Of a stretch of 30,713 nucleotides of DNA, positions 1 through 8,865 are shown in pieces (the first letter of the stretch is position 1; each line of letters starts with the position of its first letter). The notes beneath the pieces are model-generated. The model did no database searches and was not told the origin of the DNA. It saw only the letters and a program-made list of their open reading frames with translations. This stretch comes from a virus (taxonomy: Duplodnaviria; Caudoviricetes). The position numbers and the translations under genes were made by a program. The stretch spans positions 1 to 30,713 of the IMG/VR virus record IMGVR_UViG_3300043394_000476. One strand, 5' to 3'.

Positions 1-2
1 CC

Positions 3-143
3 TTAAAATACAACTTCTCAACTAGATATATAAAGCAGTGTATCACTGGAGATAGAACACCAATTTTTGCTGATAGAATTAAAAGTGAGTATAAGTCAAT
101 GAAACAACAAGTGAATATTATTCTTAATAACGACACATTATGA
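3..143 (+). CDS. 3' part of small HTH DNA-binding protein (Ner-like), partial
   Basis: Frame 3 reads LKYNFSTRYIKQCITGDRTPIFADRIKSEYKSMKQQVNIILNNDTL*; HTH-like; ner position upstream of transposase. Confidence 0.6.
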   Translation, partial: LKYNFSTRYIKQCITGDRTPIFADRIKSEYKSMKQQVNIILNNDTL

Positions 144-244
144 AAACTATTAATCCTACCCCATTCGACAAATTTTGTACTGGATTTATAATTCTAGCGG
201 CGAGCTATTTTATAATAAGAGTATTATTTCAAATCTTCCAATAA
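140..244 (+). CDS. 34-aa putative single-pass membrane protein (not in ORF track)
   Basis: MKTINPTPFDKFCTGFIILAASYFIIRVLFQIFQ*; ATGA overlap with upstream gene, ends 2 nt before transposase ATG. Confidence 0.55.
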   Translation: MKTINPTPFDKFCTGFIILAASYFIIRVLFQIFQ

Positions 245-246
245 TT

Positions 247-2325
247 ATGAATACTGAAAGCCCATATACTTATCACGATAAAAAGCTAGGTGTAAAAATC
301 AAATTTTTGATTTTTGACCGAGACTTTCATGCGGATAGTTTGAGGCTCATTAGCTATAGCGCTATTTATAAAAGAATGAGATCCCAAAATAGTTCAGAAC
401 AAGAACTCAGAAAGGGATCTTGGGGCGGCGATGCTCTTGTCTTATTCTCAAGCCTGTCACTAGACTGGAAAAACCGTTTGACTACCACTTTTGGGAACCC
501 AGATGTTGAGGCCAAGAAAAGCTGGTTCAGTCAACACTATGTGGCAGATCGTGAAGCATTCAATTTTTATGTTGGTTATACCTACAACGAAAATCAAAAG
601 CTCGAGCTTGATATTGTGGAGACCTATACATATAACGCATCAGTGCTGAACACGGTTTTGATTATGAAAAATAATCGTAAGCAGTATTTGAAAGCATTAG
701 GATGTAGCTCAGTAGATATTTGGGATAGTTTGAGCCGCGATGTGAACGCTTTTAGAGAGGTGCCTCACAATCTACCAACCACAAAGGATTCACTTCGCTA
801 CAAGGCCACAAAATACGCCAAGGAAGGTTATAGCTCTATAATCTCTGGTAAGTTTGGTATGAAAAACGCCCTTAAGGTTAAAGAGAAAGAGCAAGAAGCA
901 TTACTAGATGAGCTGTTAGCAAAACACACTAATCTTGATAATGAGCTAATTAGCAATCTTTATAATATGGTTGCTGAGCGTTTGAACTGGCCAACTATAA
1001 CCGCTCAAACAGTGGGCAACCGTAAAAAAGATAGTAACCTAGTAATTTATGCGGGTCGTAATGGCGTGTCGGCTTTATCAAATAACGTTTTGATGCAAAA
1101 TAAAAGACAAAAACCAACTACCCCGATGCTATATTGGACTTTGGACGGATGGGATGCCGAACTTTTGTACCAAAAAACGGCAACAAACAAAGGCGGATAT
1201 GCTACTACAACTTACCATAACCGTTTAACTATGGTAGTTGTTTTGGACGCATTCAACAAATATCCAGTTGGGTACGCCATTGGAACTCATGAAACCCCCG
1301 AATTGATTAAGGAGGCCATGCGCAACGCAATCAATCATACGGCAGAATTATTTGGTCAAAGATACAATCCACGCCAGCTGCAAAGTGATAACTACCAAAG
1401 TAAGGCATTGACACCGATGTATGAGGCGTGTACCAAGTATTATACACCTGCAAAAATCAAAAATGCTAAGTCTAAGATAGTTGAGCCTTATTTCAACCAT
1501 ATCAATAAGACGTATTGCAAGTTGATGGACAACTGGAGTGGTCATAATATTAATAGTGGTTCTAAAAACCAGCCTAATACTGAAATGCTGAATAAGCTAA
1601 GTAAGTTCTTTCCAGACGAGCAAGGTTGTAGACAACAATTGGAGGGAATTATAGCTGCTGAACGCGCTAAAAAACAACAGGAATATGTTGCTAACTGGGA
1701 TAACGTACCAACTGATTTAAGGCTACCAATGCCAATCGAAAATTACTTATTAGCACTTGGAACCAAGTCGGGAACGACCAACAAATTAGTAGGCTCTGGT
1801 TTAAATGTAACCATTGGAGGCGCAAAACAGGTGTACGATTCGTTTGATCTAGACTTTAGAAAGCAATCACACCAGGACTGGACAATATTATACGATGCAC
1901 AGGATCAATCACAAGTACTTGCTGTTAGTGCCGATACCAAACACCGATTTGTACTTGAGCGCAAATTTGTACAGGCAATGGCAATTGACGACCGCGGGGA
2001 ACATGATGCAAAGGAGCTCAAAAGGGTTAACGATTACAACCAAAAAGCAATATCCTATATAACAGAGTCACGCGAAGAGAATGCGGCTGTTTTAGAGGTG
2101 CTTTTTGACAATCCACTACTAAATGATACTCTAGCAAAACATCTTTTAGTGGATTCAAGAGGCCAGCACAAGGATCAAAAAAGCAAACAGCGACTTGCCG
2201 CTGCACAAGTAGAAAAGGCTTTGTTAAAACAAGAGAAATCCGAGAAAAAACAAGCCGAAAAAACCTGGCAAGAAGAGCAAAACGAATACATCAACAAGAA
2301 AATAGACATTAACCAATATTTATAA
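247..2325 (+). CDS. Mu-like DDE transposase (MuA equivalent)
   Basis: Catalytic-type motifs WTLDGWD, LQSDNY, KSKIVEPYF; ATG 247 preferred to TTG 175, which overlaps the upstream ORF. Confidence 0.9.
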   Translation: MNTESPYTYHDKKLGVKIKFLIFDRDFHADSLRLISYSAIYKRMRSQNSSEQELRKGSWGGDALVLFSSLSLDWKNRLTTTFGNPDVEAKKSWFSQHYVADREAFNFYVGYTYNENQKLELDIVETYTYNASVLNTVLIMKNNRKQYLKALGCSSVDIWDSLSRDVNAFREVPHNLPTTKDSLRYKATKYAKEGYSSIISGKFGMKNALKVKEKEQEALLDELLAKHTNLDNELISNLYNMVAERLNWPTITAQTVGNRKKDSNLVIYAGRNGVSALSNNVLMQNKRQKPTTPMLYWTLDGWDAELLYQKTATNKGGYATTTYHNRLTMVVVLDAFNKYPVGYAIGTHETPELIKEAMRNAINHTAELFGQRYNPRQLQSDNYQSKALTPMYEACTKYYTPAKIKNAKSKIVEPYFNHINKTYCKLMDNWSGHNINSGSKNQPNTEMLNKLSKFFPDEQGCRQQLEGIIAAERAKKQQEYVANWDNVPTDLRLPMPIENYLLALGTKSGTTNKLVGSGLNVTIGGAKQVYDSFDLDFRKQSHQDWTILYDAQDQSQVLAVSADTKHRFVLERKFVQAMAIDDRGEHDAKELKRVNDYNQKAISYITESREENAAVLEVLFDNPLLNDTLAKHLLVDSRGQHKDQKSKQRLAAAQVEKALLKQEKSEKKQAEKTWQEEQNEYINKKIDINQYL

Positions 2326-2329
2326 CCAC

Positions 2330-3292
2330 ATGGATCATATCACTAAAAAAGAAGTTATTGCTGCGTTGAATGAATATATGCAGACCCATAAAATGACACA
2401 AGCCGATGTTGCTAATAAAGCGGGTGTTAGAAAAGAATATTTATCAATGATTTTAAAGCCAGATAGCGATTTCATGTATGATGCCGGGGCTAATGGTAAA
2501 GGTTTTATTCCTGTAAAACACTTTAATGCTTTGGCAGAAATGTGTGGCTACAAAACTGAAAAGGAGTATTGGCAAACACAACCTACCGCTCAAACAAGTG
2601 CTATTCTTGCCAACTTAGAGGACGCTAAAAAACATCACTTAACAATTACGCTAATTGGTGAGACTGGATCTGGAAAATCCTATACGGCAAATTTGTTTGC
2701 CGCTAAAAACCCGCTAGATACATTCGTAATAACAGCTGGTTCTAGCGATACGCTGGGAGATTTGATTGACAAGATTATGGAAGAGTTAAAGATTCACGCA
2801 ACGGGTCGCTCTAAGTCAACTAAAATACGTCAAATAGCCACCTCAATGAGAATGCTAAAAAACTACGGACACACACCCATGTTAATTGTGGATGAATCAG
2901 AATATTTAAAACAGGCAGCGCTTTGTGCTATGAAGGAGTTATACGATAATCTTAAAGACTACTGTTCACTAGTTTTTATTGGTACGGACCAGCTTGTTGA
3001 TAATGTGGAGCGATTAAAGAGACGGAACAAATCAGGAATACCACAATTTCACAGACGCATCAAATTTGGTTTACGATTACTGCCTAATATCGACAGAAGC
3101 TACGCCTTATTTGTTAATGATATTGAAGATCGTCAGCTGAAACGATTCATCCTATCTAACTGTGGGAACTATGGGGAACTGCACGACATCATTGTTCCTG
3201 CCACTCGTGAAGCGGAACGTTTGGGAGAACCATTAAGTCTAGATATAGTTAGAAAAGTATTAAATCTACCAGAAGGCAATTTGATATGGTAA
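2330..3292 (+). CDS. MuB-like transposition AAA+ ATPase with N-terminal HTH
   Basis: HTH (MTQADVANKAGVRKEYLS), Walker A GETGSGKS, Walker B LIVDE; directly after transposase. Confidence 0.88.
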   Translation: MDHITKKEVIAALNEYMQTHKMTQADVANKAGVRKEYLSMILKPDSDFMYDAGANGKGFIPVKHFNALAEMCGYKTEKEYWQTQPTAQTSAILANLEDAKKHHLTITLIGETGSGKSYTANLFAAKNPLDTFVITAGSSDTLGDLIDKIMEELKIHATGRSKSTKIRQIATSMRMLKNYGHTPMLIVDESEYLKQAALCAMKELYDNLKDYCSLVFIGTDQLVDNVERLKRRNKSGIPQFHRRIKFGLRLLPNIDRSYALFVNDIEDRQLKRFILSNCGNYGELHDIIVPATREAERLGEPLSLDIVRKVLNLPEGNLIW

Positions 3293-3915
3293 TTAAAAAA
3301 GCTTTGACGGTTGCCAATATTCAAAGCCAAAAAATTACAAGAATACCATTTACGGGTCAGTTTTTTGAAGCGTATAGGCAACCGCAGAATAAGGGAGTTT
3401 GGTTTGTTTGGGGTACTTCGAGTAGCGGTAAAAGCTCCTTTATGATGCAACTCTCTAAGGAGCTCGCCAAAACCCAAAAGGTGCTTTACAACCTACTGGA
3501 AGAGGAAATGGACGACTCGGATTTTATAGAAAGAACGGAGCTCTTTCAAATGCACGAAGTAAAGGATAACTTTTTAGTTGGGAGATACGCAATATCAGAG
3601 CTTCTGGAGTACCTAAAAAGGCGCAACTCTCCCAAGGTAATTATAATTGATAGTGCTACTTATTTTTTCAAAAACTTTACGGAGTATTTGGAATTTAAAG
3701 AGGCTTTAAAAAACAAAATATTGATCATTACTGGTCACGCTCAAGGGAATAACCCAAGGAGCGAACTAGAAAAGGATATTATGTACAATGCAAAACAAAA
3801 GATATACGTTAACGCATTTTTGGCAGTATGTAAAGGTAGAACAATTGGGCCCAACGGCGGTTTATTTACAATTTGGCAAGAAGGATACGACAAAGCAAGA
3901 GGAACAACAGATTAA
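3286..3915 (+). CDS. second P-loop ATPase (RecA/KaiC-like fold)
   Basis: Walker A GTSSSGKS, Walker B IIIDS. Confidence 0.8.
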   Translation: MVIKKALTVANIQSQKITRIPFTGQFFEAYRQPQNKGVWFVWGTSSSGKSSFMMQLSKELAKTQKVLYNLLEEEMDDSDFIERTELFQMHEVKDNFLVGRYAISELLEYLKRRNSPKVIIIDSATYFFKNFTEYLEFKEALKNKILIITGHAQGNNPRSELEKDIMYNAKQKIYVNAFLAVCKGRTIGPNGGLFTIWQEGYDKARGTTD

Positions 3916-3925
3916 TAGCTATACT

Positions 3926-4264
3926 ATGAAAAAGACAATCAACAAACTACAAGTATCGGATCACGATTTTGAAATGCTACTTTTTGACCTGTATTCTCGC
4001 TGGTGCGAGAGCATAACAGGCAACGCAATACAACACCAAATCGTACTGGCAAACGGAGGTATTAACGCATATTTTTTAGATGAATTCAAAAAATGTGAAA
4101 CCGAGTTCCACCTACGCACCGATAGATATACTAATCTAACGGCAAAAGATTATAACAAATGTTTTGCCGATTGTACATTACAACTGTTCAATCGCCGACC
4201 GTCGGCTTTGTTAGAGATACTTAAAATTAAAAAGGCTAAACAACCACTAAATTTTTTAAACTAA
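3926..4264 (+). CDS. hypothetical phage protein
   Basis: ORF track, start moved to ATG 3926 to avoid overlap. Confidence 0.65.
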   Translation: MKKTINKLQVSDHDFEMLLFDLYSRWCESITGNAIQHQIVLANGGINAYFLDEFKKCETEFHLRTDRYTNLTAKDYNKCFADCTLQLFNRRPSALLEILKIKKAKQPLNFLN

Positions 4265-4446
4265 TGCAGACACCACAGCAACTAAAAAACAAAATAGCTG
4301 AGCTTGAACAATGGCTACGCGACAATCCCAACCATCAAATGCGTACTACGATAGAATCAGACCTACGACAATTGAAAGATTGCGATAAACAATCCAGAAC
4401 CTATGAACGAGATACGTTTGATTTAAGCAACCATAATTTAAAATAA
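4264..4446 (+). CDS. hypothetical phage protein
   Basis: TAATG coupling with upstream gene. Confidence 0.65.
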   Translation: MQTPQQLKNKIAELEQWLRDNPNHQMRTTIESDLRQLKDCDKQSRTYERDTFDLSNHNLK

Positions 4447-4447
4447 G

Positions 4448-4681
4448 ATGAATTTAAACAAAATAGTAAACCGATTAGAATTTCTCAACACTGCTCTATT
4501 CAACGATAGCCAAGAGAAAGAATTAGGAAAGGCTGGTTTCTTCACTGTTGGCGAAAGAATTAGCATCAATCAAGAGAGAGGCTACCTCTATTCGGCTAGA
4601 GGTGAAGATGAGCTTCGTGAATATAAAGTTCCAGATTGTATAGAACTTAAAATAATAAAAAGTCATGGACAAAATAAATAA
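4448..4681 (+). CDS. hypothetical phage protein
   Basis: Tight operon packing. Confidence 0.6.
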   Translation: MNLNKIVNRLEFLNTALFNDSQEKELGKAGFFTVGERISINQERGYLYSARGEDELREYKVPDCIELKIIKSHGQNK

Positions 4682-4706
4682 TATAACCGTAAATCAACCA
4701 ATAATT

Positions 4707-5399
4707 ATGAACACAGAAAAAATCGATTTGACACAATTTTCACCTGCCGAACTAAAAGCAGCATTAAAAAAGCAGGAAGAGGCAAAGGAGCAAGACCGTG
4801 AAGCCTACAAAAAATTAGTAGCCGAGATAGTTCCTACGGCGATTATGAAACTAGTAGTAGCCTCTGAGGTATTATCGAATGCTAAAACAGAGACTTTTAA
4901 GTTCTTTGAGGACATACTAAAATTGAAGGCGAATACTTTTGGAGTTAAAGAAGGACAACAAACGCACAGTTTTTCTACAGATCTAGGAGAAATCACCATT
5001 GGCTACCGCATCAATGACGGCTGGGACGACACAGTTAATTCAGGGATTGCTAAGGTAGAGCAATTCATTAGTTCCCTTTCTAAAGACGATGAGACTGCGG
5101 CACTGGTTAAAGTAGTTTTTAGCCTTTTGAAAAAAGATGCTAATGGCAACCTAAAAAGTAGCCGAGTGCTAGAGCTTCAAAAATTGACAAAGGATTTTAG
5201 CAATGATGAGTTTACAGACGGTGTAAATATTATTGCTCAAGCCTATAAGCCACGCCGTTCGGTTTGGTTTATAGATGCTTCCCTTATTCGAGAAGACGGC
5301 AGTAAAACCTCTATTCCATTGAACATTTCAAGTGTGGATTTCTCACAAGGGTACACGTTTGATTTTTATAACGATGCTCATGATGCAGACGCAGAATAA
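4707..5399 (+). CDS. DUF3164-family protein of transposable phages
   Basis: Helical N-terminus, QQTHSFS..GEITIGYRINDGWDD motif; start 4707 or 4665. Confidence 0.75.
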   Translation: MNTEKIDLTQFSPAELKAALKKQEEAKEQDREAYKKLVAEIVPTAIMKLVVASEVLSNAKTETFKFFEDILKLKANTFGVKEGQQTHSFSTDLGEITIGYRINDGWDDTVNSGIAKVEQFISSLSKDDETAALVKVVFSLLKKDANGNLKSSRVLELQKLTKDFSNDEFTDGVNIIAQAYKPRRSVWFIDASLIREDGSKTSIPLNISSVDFSQGYTFDFYNDAHDADAE

Positions 5400-5515
5400 C
5401 ATCGATGTGATAGTACTACTTTTTCTGCTGCTAGTACTGACGAACGTTAAAGCCATTGTGATGTATACCACATGGCTTCGATTTAAAATACGTATTTACT
5501 TCAAACAACTAAAAA

Positions 5516-5716
5516 ATGAGTATCATAATAACATCCATTATAGATCACGAAATCTACGAGGTTAATGGCAAGGAAGTGTATAAAGACACCAACGGCAACT
5601 GGATAAATAAGGGAGACTTATCCGAAGCAGAGAACAGGGCTTTCAGAACTTACAAAAGGCAGGTGATTGACAATCCACGATTTAAAAAACACACCAAAGC
5701 CACTTACAAAGAGTAG
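5516..5716 (+). CDS. hypothetical phage protein
   Basis: A-rich start context, co-oriented. Confidence 0.65.
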   Translation: MSIIITSIIDHEIYEVNGKEVYKDTNGNWINKGDLSEAENRAFRTYKRQVIDNPRFKKHTKATYKE

Positions 5717-5738
5717 CACGCTATTTTTTATAGCGGCA

Positions 5739-5847
5739 TACCATATAGCTCAGTTGGCTAGAGCGCTTGGTTCTATTTAGGTATCTGAAAGACGTATAAA
5801 ACCTAAATACCAAGAGGTCATCGGTTCGAGTCCGATTATGGTAACTA
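5739..5847 (+). ncRNA. tRNA-like RNA with 39-nt structured anticodon region
   Basis: Acceptor TACCATA/TATGGTA, D arm GCTC-AGTTGGCTA-GAGC, anticodon stem CTTGG/CCAAG, variable AGGTC, T arm ATCGG-TTCGAGT-CCGAT, 3' A-CTA. Confidence 0.85.
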
Positions 5848-5866
5848 ATTTTAAAACAAACAGACA

Positions 5867-6115
5867 ATGTGTAAATGCTTAGAAAAAATTAGAGAAAACA
5901 TTATTCAAAATGAAAAAGCCAACTATGTTAGAATCGAATGCTCTACAATTAGAGTAAGATTTGAAGACGGCAAGGATCTTGAAAATGTTACGGGTCAAAG
6001 AATTGAAATAGGTTATGATCATGTAAAAAGGGACGGCACGATTCAAAAGAAGGAAAGAAAGTCTTTTATCACTCATGACTTTTGCCCTTTTTGCGGTAAA
6101 GAATATAAACCTTAA
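5867..6115 (+). CDS. small Zn-ribbon-like protein
   Basis: N-terminal CKC and C-terminal CPFCG. Confidence 0.7.
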   Translation: MCKCLEKIRENIIQNEKANYVRIECSTIRVRFEDGKDLENVTGQRIEIGYDHVKRDGTIQKKERKSFITHDFCPFCGKEYKP

Positions 6116-6128
6116 AACAAACGGACAA

Positions 6129-6284
6129 ATGACTACACAAACAACTTATTCACAATCTGAATTAGGCAAAGGAAAATGCACATGCTGCGGAGAAATATCA
6201 GACGAAATACTTATAGAAGATGGCAGATGTATAGAGTGTATTGAAGACGAAAAATTTTATGATTTAACAATGCAAGGACTTTAA
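6129..6284 (+). CDS. small Cys-rich (Zn-finger-like) protein
   Basis: CTCCG...CIEC; ATG 6129 after A-rich leader. Confidence 0.6.
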   Translation: MTTQTTYSQSELGKGKCTCCGEISDEILIEDGRCIECIEDEKFYDLTMQGL

Positions 6285-6306
6285 ACTTTTAAAAACAAAC
6301 AACAAG

Positions 6307-6567
6307 ATGAAAAAAGAAAACGCTTATCAAATTAAGTTTAAATTGATACCTAAAAAAATAGGCTTCAAACCAAATTTTATTCAAGGAATTGTTTTTGACA
6401 CTTCGCAGGAACTAGCCGTTAAAAATGCAACAGAAAAAGTTATTGAGGCGGTTAATACAAATGCTTACGAAACAGAGGTTGAAGTAAAAATTCAATCTGT
6501 AGTAAAATTAAGAAAGGACTTTCTTTTGTTTCCTGATAAAATAATAAAAAGTGATGGCAACAACTAG
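6307..6567 (+). CDS. hypothetical phage protein
   Basis: ORF with A-rich leader. Confidence 0.65.
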   Translation: MKKENAYQIKFKLIPKKIGFKPNFIQGIVFDTSQELAVKNATEKVIEAVNTNAYETEVEVKIQSVVKLRKDFLLFPDKIIKSDGNN

Positions 6568-6883
6568 CCCTCAAATTTACACAGGCGAAGGCAGCGCCAT
6601 CGACAATTACCTAAGTCCCCCGCCTACAAGTAGCAATACTGAAAACTGGGCGATTTTTGATAAAACGAATACCCAACACAAGACGATACTAAGCCTACTG
6701 CGCCAAGCGCAGTGGGTAGTACCGCACCCGCGACACGGAGAAGTGGCAGACTTGGCAAGGTTAAGCACATTTTTAAAAAGCGATAAAAGCCCAATTAAAA
6801 AGCCTTTAAAATCAATGACAACTGAGGAAACCTCCAAGATCATTGAAGCTTTAAAGGGAATTGTTAAACACCGATACAAATGA
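6551..6883 (+). CDS. GemA/DUF1018-like phage protein (C-terminal similarity)
   Basis: KKPLKSMTTEETSKIIEALKGI resembles the Mu gp16/GemA C-terminus. Confidence 0.5.
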   Translation: MMATTSPQIYTGEGSAIDNYLSPPPTSSNTENWAIFDKTNTQHKTILSLLRQAQWVVPHPRHGEVADLARLSTFLKSDKSPIKKPLKSMTTEETSKIIEALKGIVKHRYK

Positions 6884-7125
6884 CACACCAATTAAAAATC
6901 CACCCTCAATACTTCAAAGATGTAACACTTGGTTTAAAAAAGTTTGAAGTACGAAAAAACGATAGAAACTACCAAGAACGTGATATTTTAATATTGAATG
7001 AATTTGAACCAAGTACAGGAAAATACACGGGTAATGTAGTAGTTAGAAAGGTTGATTACATTTTACAAAATGTAGATGGGCTAAACCCTGATTACGCAGT
7101 GCTTCAAATGTCTAAATTATTATAA
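6880..7125 (+). CDS. ASCH/PUA domain protein (DUF3850-like)
   Basis: HQLKIHPQYF..V..GLKKFEVRKNDRNYQ.RDILIL.EF signature. Confidence 0.85.
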   Translation: MTHQLKIHPQYFKDVTLGLKKFEVRKNDRNYQERDILILNEFEPSTGKYTGNVVVRKVDYILQNVDGLNPDYAVLQMSKLL

Positions 7126-7138
7126 AAACCGACTGCAG

Positions 7139-7375
7139 ATGAAAAAAATACAAAAGGTAATTGAATCTTGTTATGAGTGTGAGTTTAGAAGCGTGTACGC
7201 TAAAAATAGCTCAAAGGCTCATATTTGTAAATACTCTTTTCTAAATAAAGACGAGGAAATTGAATATTTAGAACCGTTATTACTAGACGTTTGTGACAAT
7301 GGATCAAATGCATTACCAATTCCTAAAAATTGCCCATTAGAAGACTATACAGGAACTAAAACTTTTGAAGAATGA
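7139..7375 (+). CDS. Cys-rich hypothetical protein
   Basis: CYEC...C...IPKNCPL. Confidence 0.65.
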   Translation: MKKIQKVIESCYECEFRSVYAKNSSKAHICKYSFLNKDEEIEYLEPLLLDVCDNGSNALPIPKNCPLEDYTGTKTFEE

Positions 7376-7707
7376 AAATAGAACTACAACTCTCCGCAAG
7401 GCAACTGAACACGCTAGTGTATGCTCTTAGTTATTTAGACAAAATAGTTTCTAAAACACGTTCCCAAAAAGTTATGCGATCTATTTTGTTTGAGACTGCA
7501 ATTAAAATAGAAAAGAAAAACGTAGAGCTAAAGCGTACCATGAACAGTCTTTTTGGAACGCCCAAAAAAACAAAATTCACTTTTAAAGACTACGAAGCCG
7601 ATGCGCTCGAAAAGTTTTTAATGATAGTCCATGATTACCCCTTGAACGAGTACGATAAAATGGCTGTGCTTTTTATTATTAATAAACTAAATCAACAATT
7701 AGCCTAA
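7372..7707 (+). CDS. hypothetical phage protein
   Basis: ATGA overlap. Confidence 0.7.
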   Translation: MKIELQLSARQLNTLVYALSYLDKIVSKTRSQKVMRSILFETAIKIEKKNVELKRTMNSLFGTPKKTKFTFKDYEADALEKFLMIVHDYPLNEYDKMAVLFIINKLNQQLA

Positions 7708-8165
7708 TGGAACAATTAACTACCTACCGAGCCAAGGGCAAAGAAATAGGTTTAGTATTTCTGTTTAAATATGATTTAAACGGGCATTTAAAACTGTTTG
7801 AAATTGCCGAGGGAAGCCTTAACGCTAAGCAAATGAAATGGCTTTTTGCTGAGACTAATTTCCCAGCAGACGAAAGTGTTATGAGAAGCATTTGGATGAA
7901 GGACAAGAAATACACCAAAGTTTTTGAAATTCAAAAATCAGTAGCCGATTTATCTTTCAATGCGCTATGGAACTTGTACGATAACAAGGTCAAAAAGTTT
8001 GAAGCCGAGAAAACTTTTTCAAAGCTCAAAGAGGCTGACGTTATCAAATGTTTTTTAGCCATACCAGGATATAACGACCACCTATTAAGGAAGCGCACCG
8101 CAAAGGCACATTTAGCTACTTTTATTAACCAAAAATACTTTGAGGATGATTGGAGCAAAGCATAA
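7707..8165 (+). CDS. phage protein with replication-protein-like C-terminal helical domain
   Basis: LWNLYDNKVKKFEAEKTFSKL...HLATFINQKYFEDDW pattern. Confidence 0.55.
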   Translation: MEQLTTYRAKGKEIGLVFLFKYDLNGHLKLFEIAEGSLNAKQMKWLFAETNFPADESVMRSIWMKDKKYTKVFEIQKSVADLSFNALWNLYDNKVKKFEAEKTFSKLKEADVIKCFLAIPGYNDHLLRKRTAKAHLATFINQKYFEDDWSKA

Positions 8166-8430
8166 TGAAAAAGCAAAAGATTTGATAGATGAATACAGGA
8201 CTTGGATAATATTTGCTGATAAGCATAAATTTAATTCATCAGAAATTGTAGACTATTTATCAATAAAATGTGCGCTATTAGCCATAGAAAAAGAATACCA
8301 TTCGCTTCGTGAAATGTTATTCAATTTGAGAGCTTGTAGAGTAATTGAATCTGAAAAAGTTTATTTACGGCGCCTACAAGAGTTAATTGACGAGGAAGAA
8401 AAAGTTAAGCAAGAAATAGAAAAATATTAA
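8146..8430 (+). CDS. hypothetical phage protein
   Basis: ORF track; first ATG 8146. Confidence 0.6.
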   Translation: MIGAKHNEKAKDLIDEYRTWIIFADKHKFNSSEIVDYLSIKCALLAIEKEYHSLREMLFNLRACRVIESEKVYLRRLQELIDEEEKVKQEIEKY

Positions 8431-8443
8431 ATAAAATTATTAC

Positions 8444-8451
8444 TATTTTTG
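8444..8451 (+). promoter_or_regulatory. Bacteroidota -7 promoter box for lipoprotein gene
   Basis: TATTTTTG = TAnnTTTG, 26 nt before ATG. Confidence 0.55.
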
Positions 8452-8477
8452 AATTCACAAATCTTAAAAACCAAATT

Positions 8478-8801
8478 ATGAAAAAAGTATTTTTATTTAT
8501 TAGCTTTTTAGCTATTATAGGCTGTGGTAGTTCCACTCCTGATGAGTCTGACGCAAAAGATGCGGCTGTGTCTGCAATTTTGCAAAATTTAAAAAACCCA
8601 GTGGATGTGACTTTTCATCAAAATGAAGAGATTAAAGATTTAGGGGATAATACATTTGAGTATAAGGAAACTATTAACGCCACAAATGACTTTGGCGGTT
8701 CTATAGCACAAAATGCTATAGTCAAAGTCAAATGGCTTAAAGGCGATCCGTCAGAAGTAACTAACTGGACTATTTTAGATATTCAATTTTTAGACAGATA
8801 A
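8478..8801 (+). CDS. lipoprotein (moron; possible superinfection exclusion)
   Basis: MKK + hydrophobic stretch + IIG-C lipobox; own promoter box and terminator. Confidence 0.8.
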   Translation: MKKVFLFISFLAIIGCGSSTPDESDAKDAAVSAILQNLKNPVDVTFHQNEEIKDLGDNTFEYKETINATNDFGGSIAQNAIVKVKWLKGDPSEVTNWTILDIQFLDR

Positions 8802-8815
8802 ATTAGTAATTTTAT

Positions 8816-8848
8816 AAAAAACCCACTTCAAAAAAAGTGGGTTTTTTT
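8816..8848. terminator. intrinsic terminator, probably bidirectional
   Basis: AAAAAACCCACTT-CAAAAA-AAGTGGGTTTTTTT. Confidence 0.85.
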
Positions 8849-8865
8849 ATGTCAAAAAAGTAGCT

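Noticed and set aside
175-246. TTG start of the transposase
   Set aside because: Overlaps a coupled 34-aa ORF; ATG 247 fits better.
5332-5565. Hydrophobic ORF after DUF3164
   Set aside because: Overlaps both neighbours; a shorter version may be real but I cannot support it.
5719-5735. Hairpin CGCTAT-TTTTT-ATAGCG as terminator
   Set aside because: Short stem, no U-tract; may only be part of the tRNA-like leader.
5771-5809. Group I or archaeal BHB intron in the tRNA
   Set aside because: 32 nt is too short for self-splicing; only one 3-nt bulge next to a 9-bp helix.
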